Below are positions 25,575-27,143 of a stretch of DNA of 27,143 bases, in pieces. Source of the stretch: Clostridiaceae bacterium (GTDB lineage Bacteria; Bacillota; Clostridia; Saccharofermentanales; UBA5734); NCBI GenBank assembly GCA_012522285.1, contig JAAYKS010000108.1:1-27143 (forward strand), read 5' to 3'. The notes under the pieces were generated by a model. It did not search any database. It was not told the DNA's origin and saw only the letters and a program-made list of their open reading frames with translations. Numbering within the stretch: position 1 is the stretch's first letter; each line of letters opens with the position of its first letter. The position numbers and the translations under genes are program-made.

Positions 25575-26828
25575 TCAAATCGACCTGCGTTTGCGAATCC
25601 ATTGGAGAATTCCCCAGGTTGCACCAGCGCCGACCAGCAGGCAGGCGACGCCGATCGCGATGGTCGCACCCGCCGATATTCCGTTGTCAGCGGGAGGGAG
25701 GACGGGAGGTGCTGTCGTCGGGGTTGGAGTCGCAGGCTGGGTCGGTGACGGGGTGGGCGCTTTGGTCGGAGAAGGCACCACAGTAGGCTTTACAGTGGTG
25801 GGACTCGTCCCGATGGCAGGCATGCGGTGCACAGTGATCTCGTACACCTTTTCGGTGCCGTTTTCCGCTTTGACGGTAATCTCGTCCTGGTTCGCCCCGG
25901 GCTTGAGGGCGATCAGCTCGCTCTGCACCGTTGCGTTGGCATCTTCAGGTGTTCCGCCCGCCAGGAAAGAGAGTATTTCATAGGGCAGGTAAAGGACGTA
26001 TTCGGTGCGGTCGGGATCAAATGGCGGAGACAGGATGCCGACTTCCGGTTCCAATGCAGACAGGTTGGCATTTCCGCTTGGTTCGTAGTCCGGGTCTTGT
26101 GCCCGCGTGACGGATATGGTGTATTTCTTGACTGCACCATTGGCAGCAGTGACTGTCACAGACACCGTATTGCCACCCACTGCAAGTTCCGGATTCGAAA
26201 TGCTGACACGCGCGCCTCCATCCTCTGCGGAGGCGGTCAGATTCAACTTCGCAACCGCAAAAGGAACCTCTGCGGTGTAGGAAGTCGTTCCTGCTGAGAA
26301 CGAAGGTGTGAACGTAGCATTGCTCACGACCATTGACCGCAGATTGTTGTTGGAAGATGGAGGTGCGATTACGCTGGCGGCAAAAGTGGCGTCACCTATT
26401 GAACTATCCGCAGAGCCGTCGCTTACTCCGAGCCCGGTACCAACCACCTGGACCAGAGTGCCTACGGATACCCCTGCATTGACGGTAAAGGTCAGCGTAA
26501 ACAGCCGCCGGCTTCCATTGATCGGGGCTGCCAACTGATCGTCGATCGCAAGGAATCTGATCTGCCCGGACGATGCTTCGAGGTCGACTGCCCATCCCGC
26601 CAGTTTGTTGGTGCTGCCGGTATACGACAGAAGTCCCGAGTCAAACACCAAGTTCCCTTGCGCGGCATAAATGCCGGATGCGTTGACGACCACATCCACG
26701 GAGAGGCTCTCACCGGCCCGACAGACAGCGGGTCCGGTGATGCTGGCTGTCGCGGTTGCTGCGAAAATACCGGAAGGCAAACAGATGAGCAGAAACAGAA
26801 GGGCAAGGGCGACGATTGCTTTCTTCAT
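25575..26828 (-). CDS. Cell-surface protein: signal peptide, cohesin-like domain, two cadherin-like beta-sandwich domains, Pro/Thr linker, C-terminal TM anchor; 417 aa
   Basis: ATG 26828 with GGAGG RBS and signal peptide MKKAIVALALLF. Cohesin-like segment QGNLVFDSGLLSY...LFTLTFTV. Two repeats of N(N/A)NL...(T/S)P.F...T.Y...VTV.A.NG..K.Y.I.V.R. PTPSPTQPATPTPT linker, TM helix and RKRR tail. Confidence 0.85.
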   Translation of the reverse strand: MKKAIVALALLFLLICLPSGIFAATATASITGPAVCRAGESLSVDVVVNASGIYAAQGNLVFDSGLLSYTGSTNKLAGWAVDLEASSGQIRFLAIDDQLAAPINGSRRLFTLTFTVNAGVSVGTLVQVVGTGLGVSDGSADSSIGDATFAASVIAPPSSNNNLRSMVVSNATFTPSFSAGTTSYTAEVPFAVAKLNLTASAEDGGARVSISNPELAVGGNTVSVTVTAANGAVKKYTISVTRAQDPDYEPSGNANLSALEPEVGILSPPFDPDRTEYVLYLPYEILSFLAGGTPEDANATVQSELIALKPGANQDEITVKAENGTEKVYEITVHRMPAIGTSPTTVKPTVVPSPTKAPTPSPTQPATPTPTTAPPVLPPADNGISAGATIAIGVACLLVGAGATWGILQWIRKRRSI

Positions 26829-26883
26829 TCGATAACCTCCAACCACGGGTTCCATGTTGTCTTGCCTTCCAGAATGCAGAAGG

Positions 26884-27143
26884 TCAATGTGTTTGCGCTG
26901 TGATCGTTCCTTTGCCCAACAGGTGTGCTTTGACCTGGACAAAATCGGTCAGGGAAATCTTCCCGTCTCCGTTGACGTCCGCTGCGCTTGCATACGGATC
27001 GTTCAGCACCTGTTTCCCGAGCAGGTGAGCGCGCATCCGGATAAACCCAGTCAATGACAATGTGCCGCTGCCGGCGACATCGCCGGTTACCACTATCGTC
27101 AATTCCTGCAAGACCTGGCTTCCGTTCATGAGGCGGACGGACA
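26884..27143 (-). CDS. C-terminus of a protein ending in a type I-like dockerin module; 5'-partial
   Basis: The frame is open to the window end. Duplicated segments GDVAGSGTLSLTGFIRMRAHLLGK and ADVNGDGKISLTDFVQVKAHLLGK. Confidence 0.85.
   Translation of the reverse strand, partial: SVRLMNGSQVLQELTIVVTGDVAGSGTLSLTGFIRMRAHLLGKQVLNDPYASAADVNGDGKISLTDFVQVKAHLLGKGTITAQTH

Noticed and set aside
1-27143. CRISPR arrays, tRNA/rRNA, IS elements, integrases, prophage
   Set aside because: No spaced direct repeats, RNA gene signatures, transposase or recombinase motifs, or phage structural genes were seen by eye.

Overview
A GC-rich, Clostridia-like chromosomal window with 27 coding regions. 23 lie on the minus strand and most have clear GGAGG-type ribosome binding sites. 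I saw no rRNA, tRNA, CRISPR array, transposase or integrase. In window order it holds: a membrane-anchored clostripain (C11) peptidase that is partial and missed by the ORF track; an acyl-CoA ligase; a small sugar-catabolism-like group (Gfo/Idh/MocA, ThuA-like, TIM-barrel protein); a PadR plus heterodimeric ABC exporter operon, with a 1-nt frameshift in the first subunit, divergent from a chromate transporter; a SatD-DUF3307-VanW operon with a 43-bp palindrome upstream; a DUF5131 radical-SAM-like gene; a DUF3360 permease whose RBS and start codon lie in a perfect hairpin; an MscS-phosphotransferase-HExxH peptidase-DUF6054 operon; an uncharacterised 568-aa protein; HD and Zn-PLC-like hydrolases; CarD with a long, probably structured leader; and a dockerin gene directly upstream of a membrane-anchored cohesin/cadherin-like gene. 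The best candidate for an undescribed system is SatD (class III nucleotide-cyclase-like motifs plus HTH) coupled to the membrane protein DUF3307, which resembles a cyclase-effector pair. All family assignments come from motif recognition by eye. No database search was run.
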